Part shown: one piece after another, positions 23,155 to 33,513 of the stretch | Layout of the letters: each line of letters opens with the position of its first letter | Numbering within the stretch: the first letter of the stretch is position 1 | Source of the DNA: Candidatus Helarchaeota archaeon | GTDB lineage: Archaea > Asgardarchaeota > Lokiarchaeia > Helarchaeales > RDOG01 | Length of the DNA stretch: 64,000 nucleotides | Assembly (NCBI GenBank): GCA_019058315.1 | Contig: JAHPZH010000002.1 | Coordinates: 96,001-160,000 of the forward strand | Direction: 5' to 3' | Translations under genes and position numbers: made by a program | The notes under the pieces: generated by a model | The model's database searches: none | What the model saw: only the letters and a program-made list of their open reading frames with translations | What the model was told of the DNA's origin: nothing

Positions 23155-25626
23155 TTATATTTTCCACCCAACTGTTATATTAGGTTTCTCTAGTTCAAAA
23201 GTTTCATCTACATTTTTCTCTGGAATTTCTTTTACAAATTCTAATCTGGATATTTTTATTGTATTTGAAATAATGGAAGCTTGAGATTCAAGATCTTTGG
23301 GTATATCATCGGCAAATTTTAAGTAAACAGTTGAAATTGGTTTTGAAAGGGGTAATCTCCTTTTAGATTTTGCATCTCGTAGCTTCTTAATGATCTTTAT
23401 TGCGAGTTCACCTTTAGTAACGAGTTCTTTATCGATGATTTTAATAGGTTTTGGCCAAGATGATAAATGTATACTTGGTATATCTTCATTTTTGGCAAAT
23501 ATTAAATTATAAATTTCTTCTGTAATAAATGGCGCAAATGGTGCAAATATCTTAAGGGAATTAAAAATGATAAAATAAAGGACATATTGAGCAGTTTTCA
23601 AATCTGAATCATTGATTTTATTGTAAATCCTGGATTTAACAGCTTCGAGATAATCATCACAGAAATCATGCCAGAAAAATTGTCTGAATGCAGTTAAAGC
23701 ATTATGGAAGTTATAGACTTCTAGATTTTCTTTACTATTTTTAATAACATTATTAAATTCATGTAAAATCCATGTATCTATAGGGGTTAATTTCAAATCC
23801 TTTGGTTTGACTTCTTTAAACTTAAATTCTATTAAATTAGGAGAAGAAAAACGGCAAGCATTCCATAATTTTCTCAAAAATCTAAAACTATATTCTAATT
23901 CCTTAGTTGTATAGGGATAATCATCTCCTAAAGTTCCTATTGCTGCCCATTGTCTTAGCGCATCAGCGCCATATTTTTCCAATGGTTCTTCAGGAGCAAC
24001 TACATTACCATAACTCTTGCTCATTTTTCGACCATCTGTACCAGCAACCATACCGTTTATCAGTAAATCTTTGAAGCATGGTTTATTTGTTAATTTTAAA
24101 CATCTAAATATTGTGTAAAATGCCCATGTCCTAATAATTTCATATCCTTGCGGACGCATTGTGCTAGGATATGTCTTTTTAAAATATTCATCATTTCTTC
24201 CCCATTTAGAAATTGCTAATGGGGTAACGCTACTATCAATCCAGCAGTCACAGACATCTTTAGTAGGTTTGATTTGTCCACCACACTTAGGACATTTATC
24301 AACTGGTGGCGGAACTTGATTAGTGTCAATAGGTAAACTGCTTTTTTCAGCAGGGATGATATGATTACATTTACCACAATACCAAAAAGGGATTGGAGTT
24401 CCAAATACTCTTTGTCGTGAAATAACCCAATCCCAATCGAGTGATTCTGTCCAATCTATTAGTCTTTTAATCATGTTTGATGGATACCAATTCATTTTTT
24501 TTGCTGCTTTTATAATCTCTTCCTTAAAAGGTTTTACTTTTATAAAATATTGATCAATTGGTAGATATTCGATTGGTTTGAAACATGAACTTCTCTCTGT
24601 ATGAACAATTACACGATGAGGGAGGTCTTCTACTTTTTCTATTAGTCCAAGATCTTCTAAATCTTTTACCATTTTTTCTCGGGCTTCCTCAATATTCATA
24701 CCCTTGTATTTTCCCGCTTCATCTGTCATACGACCATATTCATCAATGACTTGAATTGAAGGTAAGTTATATTCTACTTGCCATCGAATATCAGTTTCAT
24801 CACCAAATGTACAAAGATAAACAATTCCAGTTCCAAATTCCATGTCTACTTCAGAATCTTGAATTATTTCGACTTCACGCTCAAAAATTGGTAATTTTAC
24901 TTTTTTTCCTGATAAATTATAATAACGAGAGTCATCTGGATGAATAAAAACTGCTACACAAGCAGGCAACATTTCAGGTCTTGTTGTTGCTATTGTAATA
25001 AACCCACTACCATCCGTTATAGGCATTTTCATATACCAAAGATGACCTGGTTCATCGATATAACCCACTTCTTGTTTTGCTAAAGCTGTCCTACAATGTG
25101 TGCAATAATGAATAGGGAATTTCTTTCTGTACAACCATCCTTTTTCATAAAAATAAAGTAATGAAGATTGAACTAGCTTTAAGTAGCTTTTTTCCATGGT
25201 CCTATAAGTCTCATCCCAATCTGCGGAATATCCCAATGCATCAAATTGCCTCATCATCTGTGAAATTGCTTCGTCCGTCCATTCAATGCATTTTTGTAAA
25301 AATAATTCTCGATCATCCTTTGCTACTTTATATTCTTTTTCTACCTTCAATTCTGTAGGGAGTCCATGGCAGTCAAACCCTTGTGGAAAATAGACGTTAT
25401 AACCTGTCATCCGTTTAAATCGTGCAGGAATATCAATCCAAGAATGACCTAATATATGCCCCATATGTAAAGTTCCTGAAGTAAATGGAGGAGGTGTGTC
25501 TATAGAATAAATTGGCTTATTCAATGTAATATCAAATTTATAGATTTTATCTTTTTTCCATTTTTTAATCCATTTAGCCTCGATTTTAGAAAAATCAAAG
25601 TTTTTTGGCATTTTAAATGTTGTCAC
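23155..25626 (-). CDS. valS: Valine--tRNA ligase
   Basis: DTPPP..LHMGH, ATTRPE, DWVISRQR, KMSKS. Confidence 0.96.
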   Translation of the reverse strand: MTTFKMPKNFDFSKIEAKWIKKWKKDKIYKFDITLNKPIYSIDTPPPFTSGTLHMGHILGHSWIDIPARFKRMTGYNVYFPQGFDCHGLPTELKVEKEYKVAKDDRELFLQKCIEWTDEAISQMMRQFDALGYSADWDETYRTMEKSYLKLVQSSLLYFYEKGWLYRKKFPIHYCTHCRTALAKQEVGYIDEPGHLWYMKMPITDGSGFITIATTRPEMLPACVAVFIHPDDSRYYNLSGKKVKLPIFEREVEIIQDSEVDMEFGTGIVYLCTFGDETDIRWQVEYNLPSIQVIDEYGRMTDEAGKYKGMNIEEAREKMVKDLEDLGLIEKVEDLPHRVIVHTERSSCFKPIEYLPIDQYFIKVKPFKEEIIKAAKKMNWYPSNMIKRLIDWTESLDWDWVISRQRVFGTPIPFWYCGKCNHIIPAEKSSLPIDTNQVPPPVDKCPKCGGQIKPTKDVCDCWIDSSVTPLAISKWGRNDEYFKKTYPSTMRPQGYEIIRTWAFYTIFRCLKLTNKPCFKDLLINGMVAGTDGRKMSKSYGNVVAPEEPLEKYGADALRQWAAIGTLGDDYPYTTKELEYSFRFLRKLWNACRFSSPNLIEFKFKEVKPKDLKLTPIDTWILHEFNNVIKNSKENLEVYNFHNALTAFRQFFWHDFCDDYLEAVKSRIYNKINDSDLKTAQYVLYFIIFNSLKIFAPFAPFITEEIYNLIFAKNEDIPSIHLSSWPKPIKIIDKELVTKGELAIKIIKKLRDAKSKRRLPLSKPISTVYLKFADDIPKDLESQASIISNTIKISRLEFVKEIPEKNVDETFELEKPNITVGWKI

Positions 25627-25707
25627 TGCAAATCCCTCATAAGAAATTAATAATATTCTAATAAATTTGAAATAAAAAAATAAAAGTTTTTGTTAAAATT
25701 TTTCTAA

Positions 25708-28140
25708 TTAATTCTCCATTTTTTCAAGAATCTCTTTTATAACGAGCTCTTTGCTTCTCTCTTCTAAAAATGTTTTAATATTTGGAACCCAAGATTGCCA
25801 GTCAGGATACATTCGAGCTTTATAAGTTATTGGTGTAGGTATATCTTCGGATAGTTCTTTACCTTCATCTTTTTTACGTTTACGAATCTCTAATATTTTT
25901 TCATATTGTAAATTCTTTGGTAACATTTGAAATCGCTCGAATTGATAACCAAAGATTGCTCTTCCTTGAGTAGCTGATCTAATTTCATCTGCTATTCCCA
26001 CACCCTCTCTTTGTCCTACCGCTTCTGAAGCCGGTAATTCTGCTTGAATCTCGGCAGTATTTGCTACTTGTTTAGTATCTACCACTTTGCCCCTATGTTG
26101 TGTTAAGATTGTCATAACCGCTCCCATAAAATCAACTGGGACTTTTATATCAATTCTTAAAATTGGTTCGAATAAACTGGGATTTGATGTAAGAAATGAA
26201 ATTCCTAACGCTGAAATAGTCATAACCATTATCTGTCCAAACCTAGTATGTGTAGGATCCTCGTGAACAGTTGCATCTGTTACAACTGCTCTAATACCAT
26301 AACCGGGTTCGTTAGCAAGGTTCGATCTAAAGCAAAAATCTCGAAATGTAGAGATTATATAAGATTTAATTCGATCTAATCTTTGAACACCAGTAGAACC
26401 GTTGACTAACATATTATTTCCTTCAATTGCCCAGATTCTACGTGCTTCCTTTCTATCCCAACCAGCTTCTTCTCTTAAGATCTTTGCCCTTTCCTTAGCA
26501 TCTTGATATTCAGAAATTTTACCTTGACGAATTATTTTCATAGTCTCTTGATTCAACGGTTCAATATATAGAACAAGTTTATTATGCCCTTCAGTGCATT
26601 TTGTTTTAATTTCTACTCCAGCCATTAATGGTGTCTCATAATAAACTGTAATGGGAGTTGAAATTTTTATAGGAATCTCATCTTGAATTCGCTCGGTTAT
26701 AATTTCAAGCTGAAGAGGGTCAATGCCACTTAGAATGTATTCACCACTTTCTTGGTCTTTTTTAAAAGTAGCTGTTGGATCAGCGAGAACCCATTTTGAT
26801 ACAACATCACCTAATTTAGCCAAGTCTTCAGGTTTTTCTGGTTTAATACTTTGACTTACGACTGCATCTGAGGCGTAAATTATCTCTTCAAATCCAGGTA
26901 AGTCATCATCTTTATTTTCTTCTGAAATAAAAGTTTCACCCGCTGGATGAATTTCGGGTAATTCCATTGCAAATAAATTTCCGGCTGGAATTTCATCAAC
27001 AGGTAAAATTGTATCTATTTCTTGTACTCCAAGCCTTCTAACTCTGATAGATTTTTTAGCATTCTTCAAAAATATGGTATCTCCAGTACGTAAAGTACCA
27101 CTCCAAATCCTACCAATTAAAGTTGCTCGTTTTGTTTTTGGATGAATAAAAAGCTTAGTAATCATTCCAAGTAGTGGACCATCTTTTCTTATATTTATTA
27201 AAGCCCAACCTAACCATTTTTCCAGATCATCTTTAAATTCTGATGCGTCATCAGCATCTTTTACAGAAAGTGCATTCTTAAGATCTCCGCTCCAGATTTT
27301 AATCATTCGATATTTTTGTGCCTCTATGGGACTAGGTAAATGGTTTATAATAACTTCTAATAATGCCTCATCTAAAGGTAAATTCTCCTTTAACCATCTA
27401 ATTGGTTCTTTATCATTTTTTTCTATTGATTCTCTATATTTATCCATAACAATTTTGGCATTTAAATTCTTTTTTTGTAACATTGGGATAGTAAAAGCCC
27501 ATCCATCTTTAGCTGAACCAAAAACTACTTGTCCCTCGGCTGGATTCAAATTCCACTTTCCTTTAAATGGTTCTGGAGACACTTGTTCTATATGAGAATT
27601 TACTTCTGCAATAATTGATTCAAATTTCTTTGTGATTTCATCAGGTGGAAGTTTTAATTCTCTTATTAGACGATCAACTTTATTAATGAATAGGACAGGT
27701 TTACACCATTCATTTCCTACTGAAAGACCAATATTTGTTATTGTTTGAGTCATAATACCTTCCAGCGCATCAACCAAGATAACGGCTCCATCAGAACCTC
27801 GAAGCGCCCGGGAAACTTCCCCAGTAAAACTAATATGACCTGGAGTATCATTTATTTCCAACAAATATGTCTTTCCGTCATAATCATAATTTAGAAGAAC
27901 AACACTTGTAAATATTGTAATGCCTCTTGCTTGTTCTTCTTCATCATAGTCTGTTAATCTCTTTTCTCCTTCATATTCTGCGGACATAAGCCCAGCTCTT
28001 CCCATTAAATAATCACAAGCTGTGCTTTTGCCATGATCAATATGTGCTACGATGGAGAAGATTCTCCGTTCTTCTAGCGGATGTTCTTTAATCATTTTTT
28101 GAATTTCATCTGCATTCTTTACTTTTACCAATTTATTCAC
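25708..28140 (-). CDS. Elongation factor EF-2 family protein (divergent, probably the Asgard paralog)
   Basis: AHIDHGKS, RGITI, DTPGH, NKVD, EPILRIDI; diphthamide loop reads HEDPTHTRFGQ. Confidence 0.85.
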   Translation of the reverse strand: MNKLVKVKNADEIQKMIKEHPLEERRIFSIVAHIDHGKSTACDYLMGRAGLMSAEYEGEKRLTDYDEEEQARGITIFTSVVLLNYDYDGKTYLLEINDTPGHISFTGEVSRALRGSDGAVILVDALEGIMTQTITNIGLSVGNEWCKPVLFINKVDRLIRELKLPPDEITKKFESIIAEVNSHIEQVSPEPFKGKWNLNPAEGQVVFGSAKDGWAFTIPMLQKKNLNAKIVMDKYRESIEKNDKEPIRWLKENLPLDEALLEVIINHLPSPIEAQKYRMIKIWSGDLKNALSVKDADDASEFKDDLEKWLGWALINIRKDGPLLGMITKLFIHPKTKRATLIGRIWSGTLRTGDTIFLKNAKKSIRVRRLGVQEIDTILPVDEIPAGNLFAMELPEIHPAGETFISEENKDDDLPGFEEIIYASDAVVSQSIKPEKPEDLAKLGDVVSKWVLADPTATFKKDQESGEYILSGIDPLQLEIITERIQDEIPIKISTPITVYYETPLMAGVEIKTKCTEGHNKLVLYIEPLNQETMKIIRQGKISEYQDAKERAKILREEAGWDRKEARRIWAIEGNNMLVNGSTGVQRLDRIKSYIISTFRDFCFRSNLANEPGYGIRAVVTDATVHEDPTHTRFGQIMVMTISALGISFLTSNPSLFEPILRIDIKVPVDFMGAVMTILTQHRGKVVDTKQVANTAEIQAELPASEAVGQREGVGIADEIRSATQGRAIFGYQFERFQMLPKNLQYEKILEIRKRKKDEGKELSEDIPTPITYKARMYPDWQSWVPNIKTFLEERSKELVIKEILEKMEN

Positions 28141-28341
28141 TTTTCAAATTTAATTAGAGCATAGTCTACCTATTTGTTGAGATTCAAAATGTAATTTGGT
28201 TAACAAAAAAGTTAGTTATTACATTTAAGAGTCAAAATTCTCTATTGTATCTTTTTTTTAAGATTCAATTTAAGATAATAAATTATCAAGTCTTTATAAA
28301 TCTTAATAATCTATCTCCAATATTTAGAGAATTGATAATCA

Positions 28342-29748
28342 ATGAATGTTTCTAAAAAAATCATAAATGTAGTGCTATTAGGTCATATTGACCATGGTAA
28401 AACAAAATTGGCAGAAAAATTAAGTGAAAAAATATCAACAGCCGGTTTAGACAAACATCCCGAGGAACAAGAGCGCGGTATATCGATCGATATAGGCTTT
28501 ACTGCATTTGAACTTAAAGAATATTTAATAACCCTTGTCGATGCACCCGGTCATGCAGATTTAATAAGGAATGTTGTAGCTGCATCGTCTATATCTGATG
28601 CCGCGATTCTTGTGATAGCGGTTGATGAAGGTCCGATGATTCAAACCGGAGAACATATTGTGATATTGGATAGTTTTAAGATTCACAATGTAATAATCGC
28701 TCTCAATAAAATTGATTTGGTTAAAAATGACATAATTCAAAAAAGAATTGATGAAATAAAAAATTTATTAAAGGAAACATCTTTTCCAAATGCTCCCATA
28801 ATTCCGATATCCGCTGAAAAAGATATTGGGATTGAAGAATTAAAAAAAGCTTTGTATTCTATTCTATCTTCTCCCAAACGGCAAACTGATGGACCTTTTA
28901 AAATGCCGATTGATCATGCTTTCCCAATAAAAGGAACAGGAACTGTTATAACTGGAACTATCCATCGTGGAAAAATTACTATAGGCGATAAAATTGAGAT
29001 TATGCCTCTAAAAATTCCTATAAAAATAAAGGGTATACAAATTTTTAAAGAACCTGTTCAATCTGCTAAAGCAGGCGATCGCGTGGCATTAGCAATTTCG
29101 AGATTGGATTATCATAAAATTGAACGTGGATATTATGCTTGTTCTCCAGACAGCCTTAAAATATCTAAAAATTTAATTATTAAGGGTAAAGTTAACTCTC
29201 TTTTTAAAAAAGTCATTAAGTCTGGGATTAGAGTTCATATAACTGTTGGTATGCCGACTGTTTCTGCTATTATTTATCCATTTAAAATTGAAAATTCTAA
29301 AAACATATTATTAGAAAAAATAAGCTCAAATGAAGAATTTTATGCGTACTTACAATTAGATAAACATGTCACTACAGAAATAGGGGAACAATGTTTAATT
29401 TCTCGACTGGAACTTCCTCCAACCACTTTAAGAATTGTTGGGAATGGAATAATAGAGAATTCAGAACCATCTGATATTGAATTATATAAGGAATCGAGTC
29501 GTAAAGGTACCTTAAGATCAATCAAAAATCAAAATGATTTAGTAGTAAGATACGTTATAGATGGTTTATCTAAAAGCAAATTTGGAGCGGAAAAACTGTT
29601 AAATAAAGAAATTTATACTGAAAATGGAAAAAAAGGAAAGATTCTTTCGCCTTTTGGAACAAAGGGCGGAGTCATAGCCAAATTTAAAGAAAAACCAGAT
29701 GAAAATATTATAGTTTATTTAAAAAAATATAAAAAGGTTAAAATATGA
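28342..29748 (+). CDS. selB: Selenocysteine-specific elongation factor
   Basis: GHIDHGKT, LDKHPEEQERGISIDIGF, DAPGHADL, DHAFPIKGTGTV; adjacent to SepSecS and tRNA-Sec. Confidence 0.93.
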   Translation: MNVSKKIINVVLLGHIDHGKTKLAEKLSEKISTAGLDKHPEEQERGISIDIGFTAFELKEYLITLVDAPGHADLIRNVVAASSISDAAILVIAVDEGPMIQTGEHIVILDSFKIHNVIIALNKIDLVKNDIIQKRIDEIKNLLKETSFPNAPIIPISAEKDIGIEELKKALYSILSSPKRQTDGPFKMPIDHAFPIKGTGTVITGTIHRGKITIGDKIEIMPLKIPIKIKGIQIFKEPVQSAKAGDRVALAISRLDYHKIERGYYACSPDSLKISKNLIIKGKVNSLFKKVIKSGIRVHITVGMPTVSAIIYPFKIENSKNILLEKISSNEEFYAYLQLDKHVTTEIGEQCLISRLELPPTTLRIVGNGIIENSEPSDIELYKESSRKGTLRSIKNQNDLVVRYVIDGLSKSKFGAEKLLNKEIYTENGKKGKILSPFGTKGGVIAKFKEKPDENIIVYLKKYKKVKI

Positions 29749-31067
29749 AAGATTTAGATAAATATTTTCGTAATATCATTCCAGATCATATGTTAGATCG
29801 TGGTATTACAGTATTAGAGACTTATTTGAAACCAATAAGAATTTTATTGGAACAGAGAAGTATTCCTGAAGAAGGTTGGAATAAGGAGTCAATTAAACTT
29901 TTTTTAAAATTACTTTCACTGATGGATACTGATAAAGATCCAATCGCCGCCCGAGTTGGTGAAAGAGAAGCAAGGATGGCATCTCCATATATCGCGGAAT
30001 TAGCTCAAGGATTTTGCCATGGAATTGGTAGAAGTGGGGTTATTGCAACTTCCCAACCAAAAGCACCTGGTGGATCAATCATGTATAATCTAGCAAATAG
30101 ATTAGCATTATATGCAATAAAAAAGTTTGGTGTTCCAAATGCAAAAGGGGCTATAGTCTTTCCATTAGCTACTGGTATGTCAATTGCTTTAGCATTAGCG
30201 GTGGCAAGAGATATCACAAAATGTAAAAAAGTAATTTTTCCAAGATTAGATCATAAATCACCTTTAAAAGCTATTAGATTAGTTGGTCTGACTCCTGTTA
30301 TAATAGAAGGACAAATTTATGGAGACGCTGTGCGTATACCACCTGAAATTATAGAAAAAGCGATAGATAAAGAAACAGCAGCTATCCTATCAACAACCAC
30401 ATTCTTTCCACCTCGAGAAGCTGATGATATCAAAGCCATTGCGAAAATAGCAGAAGAACATCAAATTCCACATATAATCAATAATGCATATGGTGTTCAG
30501 AGTAGAATTTTAATGAAAAAAATCCAAGGCGCAATCGATGCTGGTCGTGTTGATGCATTTATCCAAAGCGTAGATAAAAACTTCCTGGCTCCCATAGGAG
30601 GAGCAATAGTTGCCTCCCCTAATAAAGAATTTTTAGAAAAAATTAACCAATCATATGCTGGTAGAGGAACTGCAGCACCAGTCGTTCAATTTTTAGCTGC
30701 AATCTTAACGCTTGGAGTGAAAGGATATGAAAGATTACGTGATGAACAAGAAAAAAATTTTAAATTATTAAAGGAACTACTTCTCAAAACAATAGAGAAA
30801 TATGGCGAAAGAGTATTAAATGTCGAAAATCCTGTAGCTATCGCAATATCAATGACTAAAAGGGATCCTCAAAAAGTAGGAGCGGCGTTATATTCTCTTA
30901 GAGCCACCGGCCCAAGAGCTCCATCCTCTAAGGATTGGGGATCATGTACAAACGAATATAATTGTCCTTATTTAGTGCTGAATGCAGCAATTGGTGTAAA
31001 AAAATCCGATATTATACAAATTAATGAGAAGTTAGAAAAAGCACTCCAACAAATAAAACCAAATTAG
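29745..31067 (+). CDS. spcS: O-phosphoseryl-tRNA(Sec) selenium transferase (SepSecS)
   Basis: GEREAR, HGIGRSG, QPKAPG, NNAYG, QSVDKNF; ATGA overlap with selB. Confidence 0.94.
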   Translation: MKDLDKYFRNIIPDHMLDRGITVLETYLKPIRILLEQRSIPEEGWNKESIKLFLKLLSLMDTDKDPIAARVGEREARMASPYIAELAQGFCHGIGRSGVIATSQPKAPGGSIMYNLANRLALYAIKKFGVPNAKGAIVFPLATGMSIALALAVARDITKCKKVIFPRLDHKSPLKAIRLVGLTPVIIEGQIYGDAVRIPPEIIEKAIDKETAAILSTTTFFPPREADDIKAIAKIAEEHQIPHIINNAYGVQSRILMKKIQGAIDAGRVDAFIQSVDKNFLAPIGGAIVASPNKEFLEKINQSYAGRGTAAPVVQFLAAILTLGVKGYERLRDEQEKNFKLLKELLLKTIEKYGERVLNVENPVAIAISMTKRDPQKVGAALYSLRATGPRAPSSKDWGSCTNEYNCPYLVLNAAIGVKKSDIIQINEKLEKALQQIKPN

Positions 31068-31140
31068 TTTAGAATTATTTCTAAAAAATAATTTATAATA
31101 AAAATCAAGTCCTTTATATGAGCAATAATAGTAATTTTGT

Positions 31141-31232
31141 GGCAGACTGTGCCGTAGGTGGTCCTGCGGTCCGGACTTCAGATCCGGGATACTCGAGAGA
31201 GTATGCGGTTCGATTCCGCCAGTCCGCCGCCA
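31141..31232 (+). tRNA. selC: tRNA-Sec (TCA)
   Basis: 9/4 fold, 7-bp D-stem with a 4-nt loop, CT-TCA-GA anticodon loop, long variable arm, G73-CCA. Confidence 0.95.
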
Positions 31233-31257
31233 ATTCTCATTTTTGGTGTAATTTAAA

Positions 31258-32244
31258 TTGAATCTTGAAGCAATAACAGAATCTATTAGAAATTTTGATG
31301 GTGTTAAAAGAAAAGAAGGCATAGCTATATCAATTAAACCATTAGAAGAAACATTAAACTTGGGAAATGTGAACGTAATAAAATCATTTGGTGAAGATGC
31401 AGCCGTTTTTGAAGTGCCAAATTATGATAATGATTATTTCCTATTAGCATTGGACGGTATGTGGAATAAATTGGTTGAAGCTGATCCATGGTTAGCTGGA
31501 TATTTTTCGATTTTAGTAAATGTTAATGATATTGTAGTTAAAGGGGGAACACCATTAGCTTTATTAAACATCATATCTACTACTGATGATTCATATACCA
31601 AAGAAATAATGGATGGTATTGTAGAGGGATGTAAAAAATTCTCAGTTCCAATGGTAGGAGGACATTATCATCCAAAAGCTAATAATAATTCATTATCTGT
31701 TGCTATTTTGGGTAAAGTTAAAAAAACCGCTGTTTTATTTTCTGATTCTGCCAAGGTTGGAGATAGTATTTTAATGGGAATTGATATGGATGGTAGTTTT
31801 AATACGAAATTCAAATATGCTTTTAACACAACTCAGCATAAGACACCTTCTCAAATTAACAAGATCTATCAAGTATGGCGGGATATTACTCATAAAAGTT
31901 TAGCATCAGCAGGTAAAGACATATCGAATCCAGGAATTTTAGGAACTTTAGGAATGCTATTAGATGCTAGCGATAAAGGAGGACGTGTGAATATTTTAAA
32001 CATTCCAACACCAAACAATATAGATTTTGAAACATGGTTAAAAGCATATCCTGGATATGGGGTAATATTTACAGCCAAGAAGGAAAATGTAGAGAAAATT
32101 AAAAAATTATATTCTGATACTTCAATAATAACAAAGGAAATTGGCATAGTAGATAATTCAAAAAAGTTAATTGTTGAAGATGATAATACCAGTAGTGAAC
32201 TTTTTGACTTTAGAAAAATTAATTTATCGGGTAAAAGTCGTTAA
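31258..32244 (+). CDS. AIR synthase (PurM-like) superfamily protein, methanogenesis-marker-2-like
   Basis: FGEDAAV, LVNVNDI, VGGHYHP, GKDISNPGILGTLGML, YPGYG. Confidence 0.8.
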   Translation: MNLEAITESIRNFDGVKRKEGIAISIKPLEETLNLGNVNVIKSFGEDAAVFEVPNYDNDYFLLALDGMWNKLVEADPWLAGYFSILVNVNDIVVKGGTPLALLNIISTTDDSYTKEIMDGIVEGCKKFSVPMVGGHYHPKANNNSLSVAILGKVKKTAVLFSDSAKVGDSILMGIDMDGSFNTKFKYAFNTTQHKTPSQINKIYQVWRDITHKSLASAGKDISNPGILGTLGMLLDASDKGGRVNILNIPTPNNIDFETWLKAYPGYGVIFTAKKENVEKIKKLYSDTSIITKEIGIVDNSKKLIVEDDNTSSELFDFRKINLSGKSR

Positions 32245-33176
32245 ATAATAGAAAGTCTCAAAGCATTCTCAGGACATCTCTCGACACATTTCAGACAATA
32301 AGTACATTTTCTATGTTGAATTTTATCGTAGGGTAATTTTAAAATAGGAATATTCATAGGACAAACTTCTACACAGATTTTACAATCTTCTTTTAAACAT
32401 CTAATCGGGTCTCTTCTCAAACCAAACCAAGAATATTCATTAAAATGTCCTAAAATAATACCCGTAGGACATATATATCGGCAAAAAACTAGAGGAATCC
32501 ATATATTCATCATTAAAATTATTAATAGAAAAAAGATTTGTATCCATAAGAAAGCATCATTTGCGAAATATGCCACTATATCTCCTTCATAAACAGGAAA
32601 GGATCCATTTATAATTCTCCATGGAATAACCGAGATTAAGGTGACATAAGGATCCAGTTGAGTATAAGTACCTTCACTAAATGGTCCAAGTGGTGAAGCT
32701 TGAGGAGATGATAATCGATTGAATCCAACTAATACACAGAGACCCAAAGAGATTAGAATTATTACGTATGGAATGTTAGATAATAAATCCTCAGTATCTT
32801 GTACTGGTTTTATTTTATTTTGAGGAAAATAACCTATCATTTCTTGAATAAATCCAAAAGGACAAACCCATGAACAAGTAGATCTTCCAAAGATGAAGCC
32901 AATTAAAATAAGTAATCCTAAAATAAGATATGGAATAATTGCATTAGCAATATAATATTCTAGCATATTATAAGAAGCTGAAATGTTTGAGAAAGGTCCA
33001 GAAAAACTTTGTTCGATAGGAAGCACGATACCACTAACGGAAGAAAACAGAAATATCCCATATGTGCCAGTAAATAATCCAATATTTAATAAAATAAAGA
33101 AAAAGATTTGAGAGGCAAGCCTAATAAATCTAAATTTATTTTTTCTCCAAAATGATCCAATTTCTTTTTTTACCAC
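32241..33176 (-). CDS. NapH/MauN-like membrane 4Fe-4S protein
   Basis: GRSTCSWVCPFG, FCRYICPTG, two ferredoxin Cys motifs. Confidence 0.88.
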   Translation of the reverse strand: MVKKEIGSFWRKNKFRFIRLASQIFFFILLNIGLFTGTYGIFLFSSVSGIVLPIEQSFSGPFSNISASYNMLEYYIANAIIPYLILGLLILIGFIFGRSTCSWVCPFGFIQEMIGYFPQNKIKPVQDTEDLLSNIPYVIILISLGLCVLVGFNRLSSPQASPLGPFSEGTYTQLDPYVTLISVIPWRIINGSFPVYEGDIVAYFANDAFLWIQIFFLLIILMMNIWIPLVFCRYICPTGIILGHFNEYSWFGLRRDPIRCLKEDCKICVEVCPMNIPILKLPYDKIQHRKCTYCLKCVERCPENALRLSII

Positions 33177-33213
33177 TTATATTCCTTCCAATATAAAAAA
33201 TAAAAACAAAAAA

Positions 33214-33354
33214 TTAACGAAAAGTAATAGATCTCGGCCATTTTAAAAAGAATACTAATACTTCGTATTCCAAATCTTGGTCTAGAGTATATCCGAATGC
33301 TATTAAGCAGAGAGCTATAAGTAGAAGACTCAGCGAAATAATAATTTTTCTCAA
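33214..33354 (-). CDS. 46-aa single-TM microprotein (not in ORF track)
   Basis: TTG start, MRKIIISLSLLLIALCLIAFGYTLDQDLEYEVLVFFLKWPRSITFR, directly upstream of the 4Fe-4S gene. Confidence 0.55.
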   Translation of the reverse strand: MRKIIISLSLLLIALCLIAFGYTLDQDLEYEVLVFFLKWPRSITFR

Positions 33355-33438
33355 GTCATTACGCCTAATTTTTTATTTTTTAAAAGAATCATTATGATAA
33401 TTTTTTATATTTTGCATTTTAATATTTTTATTATAGTA

Positions 33439-33510
33439 TAAAACCCAATGATGAGACTTGGACACCTGAAGATTAAAGATGATGACCCCATGCAGGTCTG
33501 GAGGGTTTTA
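33439..33510 (+). ncRNA. Box C/D sRNA
   Basis: 8-bp terminal stem TAAAACCC/GGGTTTTA; C box 33448-54, D' 33466-69, C' 33479-85, variant D box CTGG(A). Confidence 0.72.
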
Positions 33511-33513
33511 AAC

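Noticed and set aside
22588-23284. Plus-strand ORFs of 71 and 77 aa
   Set aside because: Antisense to tRNAs and valS
31258-32244. Selenophosphate synthetase SelD
   Set aside because: No Cys/Sec-x-x-Lys catalytic motif and no in-frame TGA
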